Notes under the pieces: generated by a model
What the model was told of the DNA's origin: nothing
The model's input: the letters and a program-made list of their open reading frames with translations, nothing else
Databases searched by the model: none
Made by a program: the position numbers and the translations under genes
Shown here: positions 1 through 12,135 of the stretch, one piece after another
How the letters are laid out: each line of letters opens with the position of its first letter
Position numbering within the stretch: the stretch's first letter is position 1
Origin: Gemmatimonadota bacterium
GTDB taxonomy: Bacteria > Gemmatimonadota > Gemmatimonadetes > Gemmatimonadales > GWC2-71-9
NCBI GenBank assembly: GCA_039588295.1
Contig: JBDHAB010000019.1
Span: 1-64,000, forward strand
Direction: 5' to 3'
Length of the DNA stretch: 64,000 nt

Positions 1-1161
1 CGTCACATCCACCGTGAACGCCGCCGCCACCGCATTGTCCAGCGTCACCGTGAACCCGAGCCCCGTCCCCTCGCCCGCCGTCACATCCGCCACCGTCAGC
101 GCCGCCCCATCATTATCGGTGATGGTTACCGTGTGCACCGCCGGGCTCCCCAGCGTCGCGTTGGTCGGCGTCCCCAGCGTCACGACTACCGTCTCGGCCG
201 GCTTGACCACCGCGTCATCCACTACCGTCACGGTGAGGTCCGCACTCAACTGCCCCGCGGCAATCGTCAGCGGACTCGCCGGCAGCGTATAGTCGTCCGG
301 CGCGGTCGCCGTGCCGCCCACCGTGTACGGCACCGTGACCGTCACCGGCGAAGTTGCGGACAACGCCGCCGTGATCGTCGTCGTCCCCACCGCCTCATCC
401 ACCGTCTGCGCTGCAGTGGTGAAGCTGACGACTCTCAGCGCCTCAATTGTCACGGTGGTCGTGTCCGCATGGCCCACCGGTGGCGGGTCGGACACGGGAA
501 CCGTCGGCAGCTGGGCCACAACTCGGGCGACGCCCTCGGTCAGCCCAGCTACCACCACTCCTTCTCTGACGTCCGGGACGGTGACCAATGGATCCAGCGC
601 GATCCACCCGATCGGCGCGTCCGGCATCACGTTGCCGTTGTCGTCGACCGCAACGGCCGTCAACGTCGTGGTTTCTCCGGGGAGGACCCGCACGTCGGTC
701 GTCTGAATGCGGACGGCGGCGGCGTTCGCCCCGTAGCCGACGTACTTGAGCGGTACTTCAACAACTACCTCGGTGTCGGCCGCCTCTATTTCGAACGTGG
801 GGTCATCACGGTCTTCGTAGACCGCCGCATCCGCCGCATCCATCACGACGAGATCGAGACGGAACTGCTCGACCTCCTCAACAGCGCTGACCGAGAGCTG
901 GCACTCGAACGTTTGATCCTCGGTGTCTTGCTGAATCTCACATTGACCTTCGAACGCGACCCCGTCTCGTGTGCGCGTGACAACGATATCCATGCTCGCA
1001 ACATCGACGATGCCGGCGGCGGTGGAGTTGAACATCGGAGCGATGACGAGCTGGGTATCGGCGCCCGGCGGCCCCACCGACTGGTCGCATGTGGCGAGGC
1101 CCAGCGCCAGCGTCACCGACGCCAATGGGCGAAGCGGGATTGCCAATCGAGACCAACGCAT
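1..1161 (-). CDS. Surface lipoprotein with Ig-like (Big_2) and Calx-beta domains; runs off the left edge of the window
   Basis: Not in the ORF track because it has no stop in the window. Manual translation from ATG 1161: MRWSRLAIPLRPLASVTLALGLATC (lipobox), a Big-like segment (GETTTLTAVAVDDNGNVMPDAPIGW), then Calx-beta text (DYTLPASPLTIAAGQLSADLTVTVVDDAVVKPAETVVVTLGTPTNATLGSPAVHTVTITDND). Confidence 0.85.
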   Translation of the reverse strand, partial: MRWSRLAIPLRPLASVTLALGLATCDQSVGPPGADTQLVIAPMFNSTAAGIVDVASMDIVVTRTRDGVAFEGQCEIQQDTEDQTFECQLSVSAVEEVEQFRLDLVVMDAADAAVYEDRDDPTFEIEAADTEVVVEVPLKYVGYGANAAAVRIQTTDVRVLPGETTTLTAVAVDDNGNVMPDAPIGWIALDPLVTVPDVREGVVVAGLTEGVARVVAQLPTVPVSDPPPVGHADTTTVTIEALRVVSFTTAAQTVDEAVGTTTITAALSATSPVTVTVPYTVGGTATAPDDYTLPASPLTIAAGQLSADLTVTVVDDAVVKPAETVVVTLGTPTNATLGSPAVHTVTITDNDGAALTVADVTAGEGTGLGFTVTLDNAVAAAFTVDVT

Positions 1162-1212
1162 GCGCGTCGCTAACCCCAGACCAGTCGACACTGACAGGCG
1201 ACTGACACTGCC

Positions 1213-2331
<1,119 letters not shown>

Positions 2332-2335
<4 letters not shown>

Positions 2336-3684
2336 GGCACCCGGATTCGTACGGTCACAGGTATCAAGCGCGCGACATTCACTACCGTAGGTTGGGGGTC
2401 TCCTATGTTGCTGCCGGCGGCCTGCTGTGTGGGCCCAGCGGCTTGCCCCGTCGTCGTGGTGGCTTGCTCGCCCTGCGTTCCGGAGACGTCACCGATGGCC
2501 GAGGCCATCGCGTCCCCAACCGATCCGGCGTCCGGTGGCGGACCTGCGGCTTCAGTCGCAGTAGCCACGACGGTGACATCGCCTGGCGCCGCCCCGCTCA
2601 CCACCTCGGCACCCACAGCGGCACTCTGTCGTTCACGAGCCGCACTGAAGCCAGGATCTGCTTGGACTGCCTGGGAGAAGTACTGTGTGGCTAGGGCGTA
2701 GTTCCCGGTCTCCTCGGCCGCCAAGCCGGACGCATAGGCGAGAAACGCAACGAGATTCTGCGTGCCGTTCTCGAGGATGCGTTGCCGTTCCGCCGTGGAC
2801 AGCTGATACCCAAGCTGATTGGCAATGCCGAGAACCAGCTCCTTTTCCAGTCTGAGGAGATTCGGGAACTCACCGCGGGAGGACGTGGGACCAATGATCT
2901 CCCCCGTGTGCAGCACGATGTTGGCCTCCAACACTGTCTCACCGCTTGGAGGGATCGTTGCTGTCCCTTGAATTAGGCGCCCGGCACGCGCGAGCCGCCC
3001 AAGCCGTGGGGCCGTTTCCGCCTGCACCAGGTCCGTCTCGGTGAGCCTGAGCTCGCTGACCAACGCCTGGAGTTGCAGACGCTCCACCATGCGAAAGCGT
3101 TGGAGCAAGCCCAGGTCCGCTGCAATCAACTCGGCGAGTCCGAGCGAGATAGGTTGATACGTGGAGTCACCGGCGACAAGCAACGGCAGCACGCCAACGG
3201 ACTGGGGGTCGGCCGGGATGGCAGCCAGGGAATCTTCCGCGGCGAGCCGGCGCCGAGCTACATCGGCCGCTTGCGCGCGGCGAGCTAGGGTCTCGCGGCC
3301 CCGAACGGCGTTGACCCCAGGAGCTCCGTGGTGCGTTCTCAGATACGTGCGATAGACGGCGACTGCCTCGTCGTAGCGCTCCGCTTGCTCGTAGCACTGT
3401 CCGATGACGAGTGGTCCCACAGCGCTCGCCGGGCGGAGTCTCACCCCGCGCTGGGCGACGGTGAGGGCGCTGTCGCAATTCCCAGCCGCGAACAATGCAG
3501 CCGCGTACCTCAGAACGAGTTCTCCGTTCCGGGGTTCCTTCACCAACCGTGCTTCGAGCGTGGGGATTTCGTTGGGCGATACCTGCGAGGGTCGACTGAC
3601 GCTGCAGCCAGAGAAGAATCCGATAACGACGCCAACCTGGACTACTGCGACGAATCGGGCCTTCAGCTGCATATCTGTTGCCAT
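2332..3684 (-). CDS. TPR + CsgG/HfaB-like domain lipoprotein
   Basis: Lipobox FSGC; TPR helices (VIGQCYEQAERYDEAVAVYRTYL); CsgG-like segment (DLGLLQRFRMVERLQLQALVSEL...APRLGRLARAGRLIQG); further C-terminal TPR. Confidence 0.8.
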
Positions 3685-3915
3685 CCGGTGTGAATTCGTG
3701 CCGCAGCGCGAACGTGCTTTTCGGTACAGTGCGTGTCAAGCAACAGCAAGCGCGATACCGGAGCACGTTTGTCGGGATTCTGGCGTTGCTGGGAATGCGT
3801 GGCTAAGCCCATTTCTTGCTTGCGTGAAAGGGGGAATGGTAGTCTTTTGGCTCTAGGCGCCCACCGCGCCAGTACGTGGACTGTGGCTGGACATCGGTTT
3901 TGTGGGGAGCGTCTC

Positions 3916-4614
3916 ATGAACGTGCGAACAGCACTCTCGACTGCGCTTGCGGCAGTCGTAATTTGCGCATCTTCGGCTCTTGGACAGGAAGAGACGAGGC
4001 CGGGCATCGCCGTCATGGCGTTGCAGAACGGGGGCTCGTATGGTGAGGCCTCCGAAAACTTGGAGGCCATGCAGGTTGGATTGCAGCAGATGCTTCTCGT
4101 CGAGCTCGATGTGAACTCGGCATTGCGTATCGTAGAGCGGAGCCAACTGAGGCAGATCCTCGAAGAGCAGAACCTGGCCAGGGACTCGCTGGTTAGCCCA
4201 AGGACTGCAGCTCGTATCGGTCAGCTCGTGGGTGCTCGGTACATGGTATTGGGCAGCTTCATGGTGCTCTTCAAGGATTTCCACCTCAACGCGCGGGTAG
4301 TCGACACGGAAACCGGGGAGATCTTGGTGACGACACGAGTGCACGATACCCGCGAGAAGGTCTACGAACTCGTGGTCGAACTCGCCAGCCAGCTCACTGA
4401 TGCCGTAGACCTTCCGCCCCTCCCCAAGGACGTGCTGGAACAACGGCGCTCGCGGAACATCCCACGGGAAGCAACGGATCTGTACATTCGGGCGGTCTGG
4501 TTCCAGGAACAGGGCCTCAAGACGGACGCCATTGAACTGCTGAGGCGTGTGGCCGACGAGTTCCCCCAGATGACGGAAGCGCAGGAGGCGTTGCGGCAGC
4601 TCGAGACAACATAG
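3916..4614 (+). CDS. Secreted CsgG/HfaB-like protein with C-terminal TPR
   Basis: ATG 3916 after GGGGAG; signal peptide; LRIVERSQLRQILEEQNL...TAARIGQLVGARYMVLGSF...ARVVDTETGEI. Confidence 0.8.
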   Translation: MNVRTALSTALAAVVICASSALGQEETRPGIAVMALQNGGSYGEASENLEAMQVGLQQMLLVELDVNSALRIVERSQLRQILEEQNLARDSLVSPRTAARIGQLVGARYMVLGSFMVLFKDFHLNARVVDTETGEILVTTRVHDTREKVYELVVELASQLTDAVDLPPLPKDVLEQRRSRNIPREATDLYIRAVWFQEQGLKTDAIELLRRVADEFPQMTEAQEALRQLETT

Positions 4615-4761
4615 CCGTTTGAGCACAGACCGGCGTCAACAACAGTCAGCGTCGCGGAGCTGGCTGTGGCAAGCGGGGCACCGGCTGTGCGCACCCCCAC
4701 CCAGGCCCAGCCCGCAACTTGCTAGATTATGCGAGGCAGCGCCTACGGACCGCGCCCAACC

Positions 4762-7317
4762 ATGAGCGACTCGCTACCCTGCCCAGCCTGCGGCCGCCCG
4801 ATCGCCGCGAGCGACGTGTTCTGCGCCCACTGCGGAGCCACTGTCGACCGTGCGCCACCGGTGTGTCCTCAGTGCGGCAGGAATGTCGACCCGCGAGATC
4901 AGTTTTGCGCGCACTGCGGTGCTGCGGCTCCGGCTGGGGCCGCGGCGAGCGGATCCCCACCCGGCGCCGATGCCGGCTCCCCTAGTCCCCGAACGCGCGT
5001 CGCCGAAGCCGGCGAGGTCCAGAACCCGTGGGAAGCGGTGCTCGAGCAGCTGCGCGCGGTCACGCGGGGCCGGTTCGAGATCGAAACGGAGTTGGGCGAG
5101 GGCGGCATGGCTGCGGTGTACCTCGCGTACGAGCCGGCGCTGGATCGTAAGGTCGCCATCAAGGTCATGTCCCCTGCCGTGCTTATGCAGCACGGCATGG
5201 TGAGCCGCTTCAAGCAAGAGGCGGTCACGATCGCCGCACTGAAGCACTCCAACATCATCACGGTGCACGCGGTGGAGCATCACGATCAGCTCCATTTCTT
5301 CGTCCTGGACTACATCGAGGGTGGGTCGCTCGAGAGCGTGATCAAACGCTGCGGACCGTTGCCCATTCCGATAGTTGGGGCGTGGCTTGCCCAGGTGGCT
5401 GGCGCGCTCGAGTACGCGCACCGGCGAGGGGTCGTGCACCGCGACATCAAGCCGGCAAACATCCTGCTCGACATCGAGGGGAACGCCATCGTCACTGATT
5501 TCGGGATCGCCAAGGTCACGGAGAAACGTGGGCTCACTGCGACCGGCTCGACGATTGGCACACCGACGTACATGAGCCCTGAGCAGTGCCTGGGGCTGCC
5601 CGTGACCGGGGTGTCCGATCAGTACTCCCTGGGCATCGTCGTGTACGAGATGCTGGCCGGCGCGCCACCCTTCAGCGGGGCCACCTTCGCGGTCATGCAG
5701 GCGCACACGGAAGCGGCGCCCACCCCGATCGCGGATATCCGTCCGGACTGTCCGCCCGAATTGGCTCGGGCAATCGACTGCATGCTCGAGAAAGAACCCG
5801 CCCGCCGATGGCAGAGCCTGGCCGAAGTGATCGCCGCGTACGGGGGGGCCACACCCGGTCTGCACGATCCGGTCCGAGATCAGATGGCGGCAATGGCAAG
5901 AGGCGAGCAAGCTGTTGGAGACCTCGCGGCACTGACTACGCCCGCGAGGCCTGCCACCCCTGCCACGCCCGCAACCCCGATCCCCACGGGTGCACCCCCG
6001 TCGGCGGGGATCCGCAGGCGTGTGCTGCAACGGCCTGCCGGCGTACTCGGACTCGCCGTGGTCGGCGTCGCGGCGGCAGTCGGGGTAGTGCTGCTCACTC
6101 AGTCGCGGGCCCCGGAGACCAGGCCGGACGGCGGCACAGTGGCTTCGGTCGAGATCGCCTCGGTTTCCGGACCGTTGACTGTGGGCGATACAGTTCGCCT
6201 GTCCGCCATACTCCGTGACTCGATGGGCGGGGCGCTAGCCAACGAGCCGATCGTCTGGACCTCGAGTAGGGAGACCGTTGCCGCCATCGTGGATGGGCTG
6301 CTGACGGCACGCGGGGTCGGCGACGCCACCATTACGGCGAGTGGCGGCGGGCTCACGGAAACGGTGACCATCGTGGTCACCGCTCTGCGTGACTCAATCG
6401 GTCAAGATACCGGCCCCGGGGTGCTCGCATCGGTGCGGGTCACGCCGAGGACGCTCTCGCTCGCGCCCGGTGAGTCTCGGCTCCTGGCAGCTGCCGCGTT
6501 GGACGCGTCCGGCCGCGCTATCCGCGGACGCCGAGCTTCGTGGTCGGTGCGCGACGCGACCGTGGCGTCGGTCTCCGGCACAGGACAAGTCACGGCCCTC
6601 GCGGTGGGCGCCACCGAAATCTTTGCGGCCATCGATGGGACGCGCGGTGTTGCCAGGGTCACGGTCACGGTCAGGGCGGAGACCGTGGCGTCGGTGAGCG
6701 TAACACCGACGAGCCTGGAGTTGGAGTCGGGCCAGTCGGCACAGCTCACGGCCCTCGTGCAGGGTACCAGGGGCACGCGAATCACCGATCGCGCTGTCGA
6801 GTGGCGATCCACCGACCCCGCCGTCGCGTCGGTCTCTGCCGCCGGCCTCGTTACCGCGGCCGGGCAGGGCACTGCCGGCATCTCCGCAGAGGTGGACGCC
6901 AGGGCGGGCCAAGCGACGGTGACCGTGCGTGCCCGGGCGCCTGTAATCGATGAAGCGGAGGCCGCCCGTCAGATCCGCAGGTGGATCGAGACGTTTGTTA
7001 CGGAGCTGGATGCAGCCGTGCGCCGCAATGACCTAGCGGCGGTTCAGCGGGCCTATCAGGTGCAGATGCCGTCGGACGACGTGACCGAGTGGCGGCAGCG
7101 GCTCGCGCTCGACGCGCGATGGAAGGCGAGTCTGGCGCGTACCTACCCACCGAGTATGGTTGGCAACAACTGGGTGAGCGATTTCGAGGTCGATATCGAG
7201 GTCGAGGCCTCAGGACAGACGCGGCGAACCGTTCAGCGTTTCTTCGTGGTGTTCGAGCCGCAAGCAGGCGGACTCAGGATCGTCAATCTGGATATGCGAC
7301 TCTCGGTGGAGAGCTGA
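4762..7317 (+). CDS. Membrane Hanks-type Ser/Thr kinase: double zinc ribbon, kinase domain, TM helix, three Big_2 domains
   Basis: Four CxxC pairs; LGEGGMAAVY, VAIK, HRDIKPANI, DFG, GTPTYMSPE, SDQYSLG; TM (VLGLAVVGVAAAVGVVLL); Big_2 repeats (WTSSRETVA, WSVRDATVASVS, WRSTDPAVASVS). Confidence 0.92.
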   Translation: MSDSLPCPACGRPIAASDVFCAHCGATVDRAPPVCPQCGRNVDPRDQFCAHCGAAAPAGAAASGSPPGADAGSPSPRTRVAEAGEVQNPWEAVLEQLRAVTRGRFEIETELGEGGMAAVYLAYEPALDRKVAIKVMSPAVLMQHGMVSRFKQEAVTIAALKHSNIITVHAVEHHDQLHFFVLDYIEGGSLESVIKRCGPLPIPIVGAWLAQVAGALEYAHRRGVVHRDIKPANILLDIEGNAIVTDFGIAKVTEKRGLTATGSTIGTPTYMSPEQCLGLPVTGVSDQYSLGIVVYEMLAGAPPFSGATFAVMQAHTEAAPTPIADIRPDCPPELARAIDCMLEKEPARRWQSLAEVIAAYGGATPGLHDPVRDQMAAMARGEQAVGDLAALTTPARPATPATPATPIPTGAPPSAGIRRRVLQRPAGVLGLAVVGVAAAVGVVLLTQSRAPETRPDGGTVASVEIASVSGPLTVGDTVRLSAILRDSMGGALANEPIVWTSSRETVAAIVDGLLTARGVGDATITASGGGLTETVTIVVTALRDSIGQDTGPGVLASVRVTPRTLSLAPGESRLLAAAALDASGRAIRGRRASWSVRDATVASVSGTGQVTALAVGATEIFAAIDGTRGVARVTVTVRAETVASVSVTPTSLELESGQSAQLTALVQGTRGTRITDRAVEWRSTDPAVASVSAAGLVTAAGQGTAGISAEVDARAGQATVTVRARAPVIDEAEAARQIRRWIETFVTELDAAVRRNDLAAVQRAYQVQMPSDDVTEWRQRLALDARWKASLARTYPPSMVGNNWVSDFEVDIEVEASGQTRRTVQRFFVVFEPQAGGLRIVNLDMRLSVES

Positions 7318-7350
7318 GCGCGGTCGCGAGCCAAATCACCTCACCGCGAA

Positions 7351-10300
7351 CTACCGCAGCGTCACCCAAATGAAGCGCGGTTGCGCGCGCTCTCCACTGA
7401 TCTCCAACTGAGCGACGGCGTTCGCCGGCTCGTCCGCTGCCGTCTCGGGATTGACCGCCACTGTCAGGGTCGCCGGAGCGATCCTGTTGTCGAGCAACAC
7501 AAAGAGCCAGTCTGCTCCACTCACCTCCCGCACACGGAGTTCCCGCAGCGTGCCGCTCCCGCCGTTCTCGATGTTCACCGTTTGTGCCGGCGGGTTCGGC
7601 CGTTCGAAGGTGAGGCTGTCGGGCTCCAGCACGATGACGGGCGTCCTTCCCAGGTCGACGTGGTACCGGATGCCGGCCTCCACCACGCGATTGGGGTCGA
7701 GGCTGCTGCTGATGGTCAAGGTCGCCGCATAGGCGGTGTCGCTTGCCGGGAGTACGGTGTCCGGTCGAACCACAATCGTTGCAGACGCGGTATCCGCCCT
7801 GAGCCAGTCCCCATCCTGCACGCTCACGGTGAGCTCACCTGTCGGGCGGCCGACCGGATCGAACACGCTGATGACTTGCGAGTCCGGCGGCGCCCCGTCG
7901 CCGGCAATGGCTTGGAAGACCAGCGTCGTGGGCGAGATCTGGATCCTGGGCGGCGGCACAACCTCGAACGCGACTTGGACGGGGATGACGTTTGCAGCTT
8001 GGTCCGATGTGATGGTCACACTTCCCGGACCCGGGGTCACCGAGAGACCGCTGGAGTTGGCCTGTATGACCACCTTGGGCGGGCTGGTTGCGCTGTCCAG
8101 CTGCGCTGATAGCCACGGTGAGGCCGGGTCGGGAACCGGTGGGTTGAGGACGTCCAGTGGCCCGCGACCTGCGTTCAATACCAGGACTGAATCGATGACC
8201 GGCGTGGTATCGCCGGCGATGCCCACCAGCGTGAGCTCCTCCGGCGATGCCGCGATGGTGGGTCCTGCATCCACCTCGAAGACCACCTCCAGCTCGAGCG
8301 GGTCGTTGGCGGCTACCGGCGACCTGATCAGCACCGTGTCTAGGTAGGTGCTCGGCAGAACATTGGTGGTCAGCGGTTGGATGACGATTGGGGTCATCGC
8401 GTCAGTGGGAGGCAGCGCCTGAGCCGAGAACAGGCCCTTCACCGACTGCGGATCTGCGGTGACGGCGCTGAGCACACCGCTCGAGCCGTTTGACACGGTG
8501 ACGACCCGCGAGCCGACCGGTGTGCTCTGTCCTTGGTAAGCCCGAAACATGATTCTCGGTGCCGTCGCCACCATCAGGGGCTTGAGCACGGTGAGATCGA
8601 CCGGCAGACTGAAAGTTTCCGGAGCCCCGCCCCCGCCTTGCTCCCTGAGCGTCACCGTTCCCGGATAGGCCCCTGGATTCAGCCCGGTGGCGTCCACCGC
8701 GAGCGTCAGCAGGGTATCACCCTCCAGGTCGGCTGTGAGCCATGCGTTGTTCGGTGAAACAGTGGGCGTGGCCTGTGATCCCGAGTACTCCACGGCCAGT
8801 ACTGCGGTTGGCTGCTGCGCATCGGTCGAAACCCTGACGAACCGGACGCTGCTCGAGGAGACGGCGATAGTGTCGGGCGGTCCCGTCGGCGATGGGTCCA
8901 CCTGATACTCCACCGTCACCGTCGCGGGCGTGACGCCTGGCACTGCGGACGTGACGGTCACATCCGCCGTGTAGGTCCCGAGCGCGGTATCTGTCGTTGC
9001 TGGCTGCAATCGCAGTTCCGCCGGCGCGGCCTGAGGGCCGACCAGGACTGCGTTCAGCCATGCCGTGTCGCTCACTGTCAGACCTAGATCTGTCAGCGAC
9101 CCTTCTCCCCCGTTCGCAAGGGCCACCACCACCGCGTCCGGCATGTCCAGCTGTCCCGAGTCGGCGCGGAACGTCACGCGGTTGGACGAGAGTACCACCC
9201 TCGGCCCTGGCAGCACCGTGAGCTCCACCCGCACGGTGTCTTCGTAGGCGCCTGTGCCGGTGACAAGCAGGTTGGTCGATGCCGTGTTCAGTTGTGCCGG
9301 GTTCACCTCCAGGGTCAGATCCGCCGGCGCGGTGTCTCCGCTGAACACTGGTGTCTGGAGCCATGGTGGGGCCACCGCGTCTAGACCGGAGAGTATCCCG
9401 GCCCCGTCGTTCTCGATCCTCACCACCTGGGGCCCGGGAACCGGCCCCGTGCGATAGGCGGTGAACCGCACCGTGTCCATCGAGGCATGGACGGTGGCCC
9501 CCCGCCTGAGCCGCAGCGCGACCTCCACCTGCTGCGGGTTCCCCGTGGCAGACGCGACGGTCACCGTGTCCACGTACGTCGTGTCGCCCCGCGGGGCACT
9601 CAGGGTGGGGCTGGCGGGATTCGCGGCGATCGTCAGCGTCGTCGGGGCGCCCGCGCTGTCCAGTGTCGCTGCCAACCACGGGTGCGTACCGGGCTGCGGC
9701 TCTGCAGTCAGGCCGCTCAGCGGTCGGCCTTTCTTCTCGAAGAGGCGCACGTGTCGTTCAATCGCCGCGTCGCCTTCGACCGCATCCAACGCCAGGCGGG
9801 TGGCTGCCAACACGAGTTGTGGCGACTCGGCAACGATGAACTCGACTTCCACGCTGTCGCGGTTGGGGTCGGCGATCCGGGAGAACACGAATACCGTTGC
9901 GTGATACGTGCCGGGAGGGTAGTCAGTCGTATCCGGAGCCAACTCCAGTTGCGTGGGTGCGACGGTGGAGCCCAGCGACGTATCCAGCCAATCCCGTACG
10001 GCTTCCTTGTAGTCGATGCTCTCTACCAGAAGCTCGCTCAGCGTGCCGTCGCCACCGTTGCGCACCGCGACTGTCTGGGGCGGCGGCCGCGCACCCGTCT
10101 GAAGGGCACCGAAGGTGAGACTGTCGGTGGCGAGCTCGATTTGTTGAGTCTTGCCAACATCGAATGTGACCATGATGGTCCGGGGGCTGTTGCTGGCGCT
10201 CTCCAGCACCACGGACACCATGGCGGTGTACCGATCGACTCGCGGCAGGTTCTCCGCGCTCGCTATGAGGACGATCGTGCTGTCCCCTGGCTCTACGTCG

Positions 10301-10572
10301 AGCCATCCGGGTTCGCCCTCGAGATAGACAGGAGCGCTCACCGTCCATCCTGCGAGCGATCCGCTGCCGTTGTTCGAGACGCGCACCGTGTCCATGTCAG
10401 GTGTGGAGCTCGTCCGGGGGGCGAACAACACCACGTTGCGTGCTGAGATCGCGAGCACCGGCACGTCGGCGGGTGGGGTGACACCGAGGTCGCAGGCGAC
10501 GGTGCTCGCGATGATCACGAGGGCGCACCGCACACGAGGGATTCGACCGAGGAAACGCGTACCCATCGCCAT
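7351..10572 (-). CDS. Large lipoprotein of about 10 BACON-like Ig repeats (putative adhesin)
   Basis: ATG 10572 overlaps the upstream stop (TGATG); lipobox TVAC; ~100-aa repeats with N-x-G-x-G-x-L, WL and G-x-Y-x-A-x-V motifs (9 WL copies). Confidence 0.8.
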   Translation of the reverse strand: MAMGTRFLGRIPRVRCALVIIASTVACDLGVTPPADVPVLAISARNVVLFAPRTSSTPDMDTVRVSNNGSGSLAGWTVSAPVYLEGEPGWLDVEPGDSTIVLIASAENLPRVDRYTAMVSVVLESASNSPRTIMVTFDVGKTQQIELATDSLTFGALQTGARPPPQTVAVRNGGDGTLSELLVESIDYKEAVRDWLDTSLGSTVAPTQLELAPDTTDYPPGTYHATVFVFSRIADPNRDSVEVEFIVAESPQLVLAATRLALDAVEGDAAIERHVRLFEKKGRPLSGLTAEPQPGTHPWLAATLDSAGAPTTLTIAANPASPTLSAPRGDTTYVDTVTVASATGNPQQVEVALRLRRGATVHASMDTVRFTAYRTGPVPGPQVVRIENDGAGILSGLDAVAPPWLQTPVFSGDTAPADLTLEVNPAQLNTASTNLLVTGTGAYEDTVRVELTVLPGPRVVLSSNRVTFRADSGQLDMPDAVVVALANGGEGSLTDLGLTVSDTAWLNAVLVGPQAAPAELRLQPATTDTALGTYTADVTVTSAVPGVTPATVTVEYQVDPSPTGPPDTIAVSSSSVRFVRVSTDAQQPTAVLAVEYSGSQATPTVSPNNAWLTADLEGDTLLTLAVDATGLNPGAYPGTVTLREQGGGGAPETFSLPVDLTVLKPLMVATAPRIMFRAYQGQSTPVGSRVVTVSNGSSGVLSAVTADPQSVKGLFSAQALPPTDAMTPIVIQPLTTNVLPSTYLDTVLIRSPVAANDPLELEVVFEVDAGPTIAASPEELTLVGIAGDTTPVIDSVLVLNAGRGPLDVLNPPVPDPASPWLSAQLDSATSPPKVVIQANSSGLSVTPGPGSVTITSDQAANVIPVQVAFEVVPPPRIQISPTTLVFQAIAGDGAPPDSQVISVFDPVGRPTGELTVSVQDGDWLRADTASATIVVRPDTVLPASDTAYAATLTISSSLDPNRVVEAGIRYHVDLGRTPVIVLEPDSLTFERPNPPAQTVNIENGGSGTLRELRVREVSGADWLFVLLDNRIAPATLTVAVNPETAADEPANAVAQLEISGERAQPRFIWVTLR

Positions 10573-11921
10573 CAGAACTTGAACTGCGCGCCGGCGGACC
10601 AGACGATGCCGGGGCGCAGGCCACCACTGTTGAGTGGAATGACGACGCTCGTCACGAAGGTCACGCCCTTGCCCAGATGCGCGCCCTTTGCGCAGAAGGT
10701 TGGCCACTCGGCCGTGCACGGAACTGACCACTTGAAGCCGAGGGTTAGGTCGATCCGGTTGTCGCGTCCGTCGGGGATCGTCGTCGCCGGGACCGTGCGC
10801 GTGAACGGCTCCGTGTATTGGATGTCCGGGGGGACGCGAAGCGCACTTCGGTCGAGTTCCAGTTCCGACAGGAGATCCACGGCCAACGTGACGCCTTCGG
10901 TGAGCAGGTGGTCGAACCCGAGCATCGCGACGACCGCATGGTTCTGCAGCGAGTCTGCGCGCCCGCGGTACAGGTATCCAAGGTTGACGTGGGGTGTGAA
11001 CCGTCCAATCTCTGCAGACGCGACGCCGAGACCACGCGCCGCGACCGTCCCGAGCCCGAGCAAGTTCTCTTCACTCCCGGTGGGGAGCCGGACGTCGCCC
11101 TGGAGTGCGAGTCCTACGGTGCCGGCCTGGCGCAGGCTGAGCTTGAGCCTCACCCCGATGTCGCCGATCCCGACCGCGGACCCTTCCTGGAAGCTGGTTT
11201 CGCGTACCTTGGGATCCTCGGCCGGACCGCCGAAGCTGTAAACGGAGCTCGAGCCGAAGGGCACGATCTGGGCCTCGCTGCGGCCGCTGAGCGACGTGTA
11301 GACCACCGGGATTGCCACGCCGACATCGAACGCGTTCGTTATCCCGTACGTGGCGAAGAACGACGCGGCGAACGTCTGCACCGCCAGCTCGGTCCTGACC
11401 TGCAGGATGTTGTTCTCCTGGATCGGATTCCCGAGCCCCGGCGTTCCGGGGATGTCGATGTGCCGGAAGTTGAAGACGAGGTCGCTGATGGGGACGCCGC
11501 GCAAGTTCTGGAAACCCAGCTGCGACAGCAGGACGCCCATCAAGAGCTTGCTCCGTCCCAGCGACGGTGCGCGTTCGGCGTAGATGGGACCGCCGGAAAT
11601 GATCCGCGTCTCGATGCGGCCGCCCGGCGTGAACTCCACGACGCTGCCCGAGCTTGTCGCCGGTGTCGGAATGCTCGCGACGCTCAAGCTGATGGCGTCG
11701 CTCACGAATCCGATCAGGAGGTTGTTGCCGCTCTCCAAGGCATCCGAGAACGTGAGCGCGGCGTCCTGACCGCTGGTGTTCGTCAGGCAGAGGAGTGCGT
11801 CGGTCCCGCAGTCGCCGAAGCGGAACAGATTGAGCACCTTGTCGCGGAGACTCTGCCCCGCGAGCGGCGGCGCAGCAAGAACCAAGAAACAGCAGAGGGA
11901 GAGACCCGTCCGTCGTACCAC
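10572..11921 (-). CDS. Putative outer-membrane beta-barrel (transporter / MetA-pathway phenol-degradation-like)
   Basis: Signal peptide ending LAG-Q; TYGITNAFDVGVAIP, GIGDIGVRLK and RLPTGSEENLLG motifs; C-terminal QFKF aromatic barrel signature. Confidence 0.7.
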   Translation of the reverse strand: MVRRTGLSLCCFLVLAAPPLAGQSLRDKVLNLFRFGDCGTDALLCLTNTSGQDAALTFSDALESGNNLLIGFVSDAISLSVASIPTPATSSGSVVEFTPGGRIETRIISGGPIYAERAPSLGRSKLLMGVLLSQLGFQNLRGVPISDLVFNFRHIDIPGTPGLGNPIQENNILQVRTELAVQTFAASFFATYGITNAFDVGVAIPVVYTSLSGRSEAQIVPFGSSSVYSFGGPAEDPKVRETSFQEGSAVGIGDIGVRLKLSLRQAGTVGLALQGDVRLPTGSEENLLGLGTVAARGLGVASAEIGRFTPHVNLGYLYRGRADSLQNHAVVAMLGFDHLLTEGVTLAVDLLSELELDRSALRVPPDIQYTEPFTRTVPATTIPDGRDNRIDLTLGFKWSVPCTAEWPTFCAKGAHLGKGVTFVTSVVIPLNSGGLRPGIVWSAGAQFKF

Positions 11922-12135
11922 CCCGACTCCTCACGCCCCCTCATCCTCCGGGGGCCTGTCTACTCCATCTGTACTATACGCGCTCTATCGGCGGTCGGCA
12001 AAGGTGAGGGGCAGCGAGGTCCACGGGTGTGAGTCGTGTCCGGGCGTGAAGGCTGTTCACTCCACCGCACCGGCATTAGCTTCGAACCCAGCACCATCAT
12101 TCCTCGTGGTGGGGTCACCCCGGAGGGAAGGCAGC

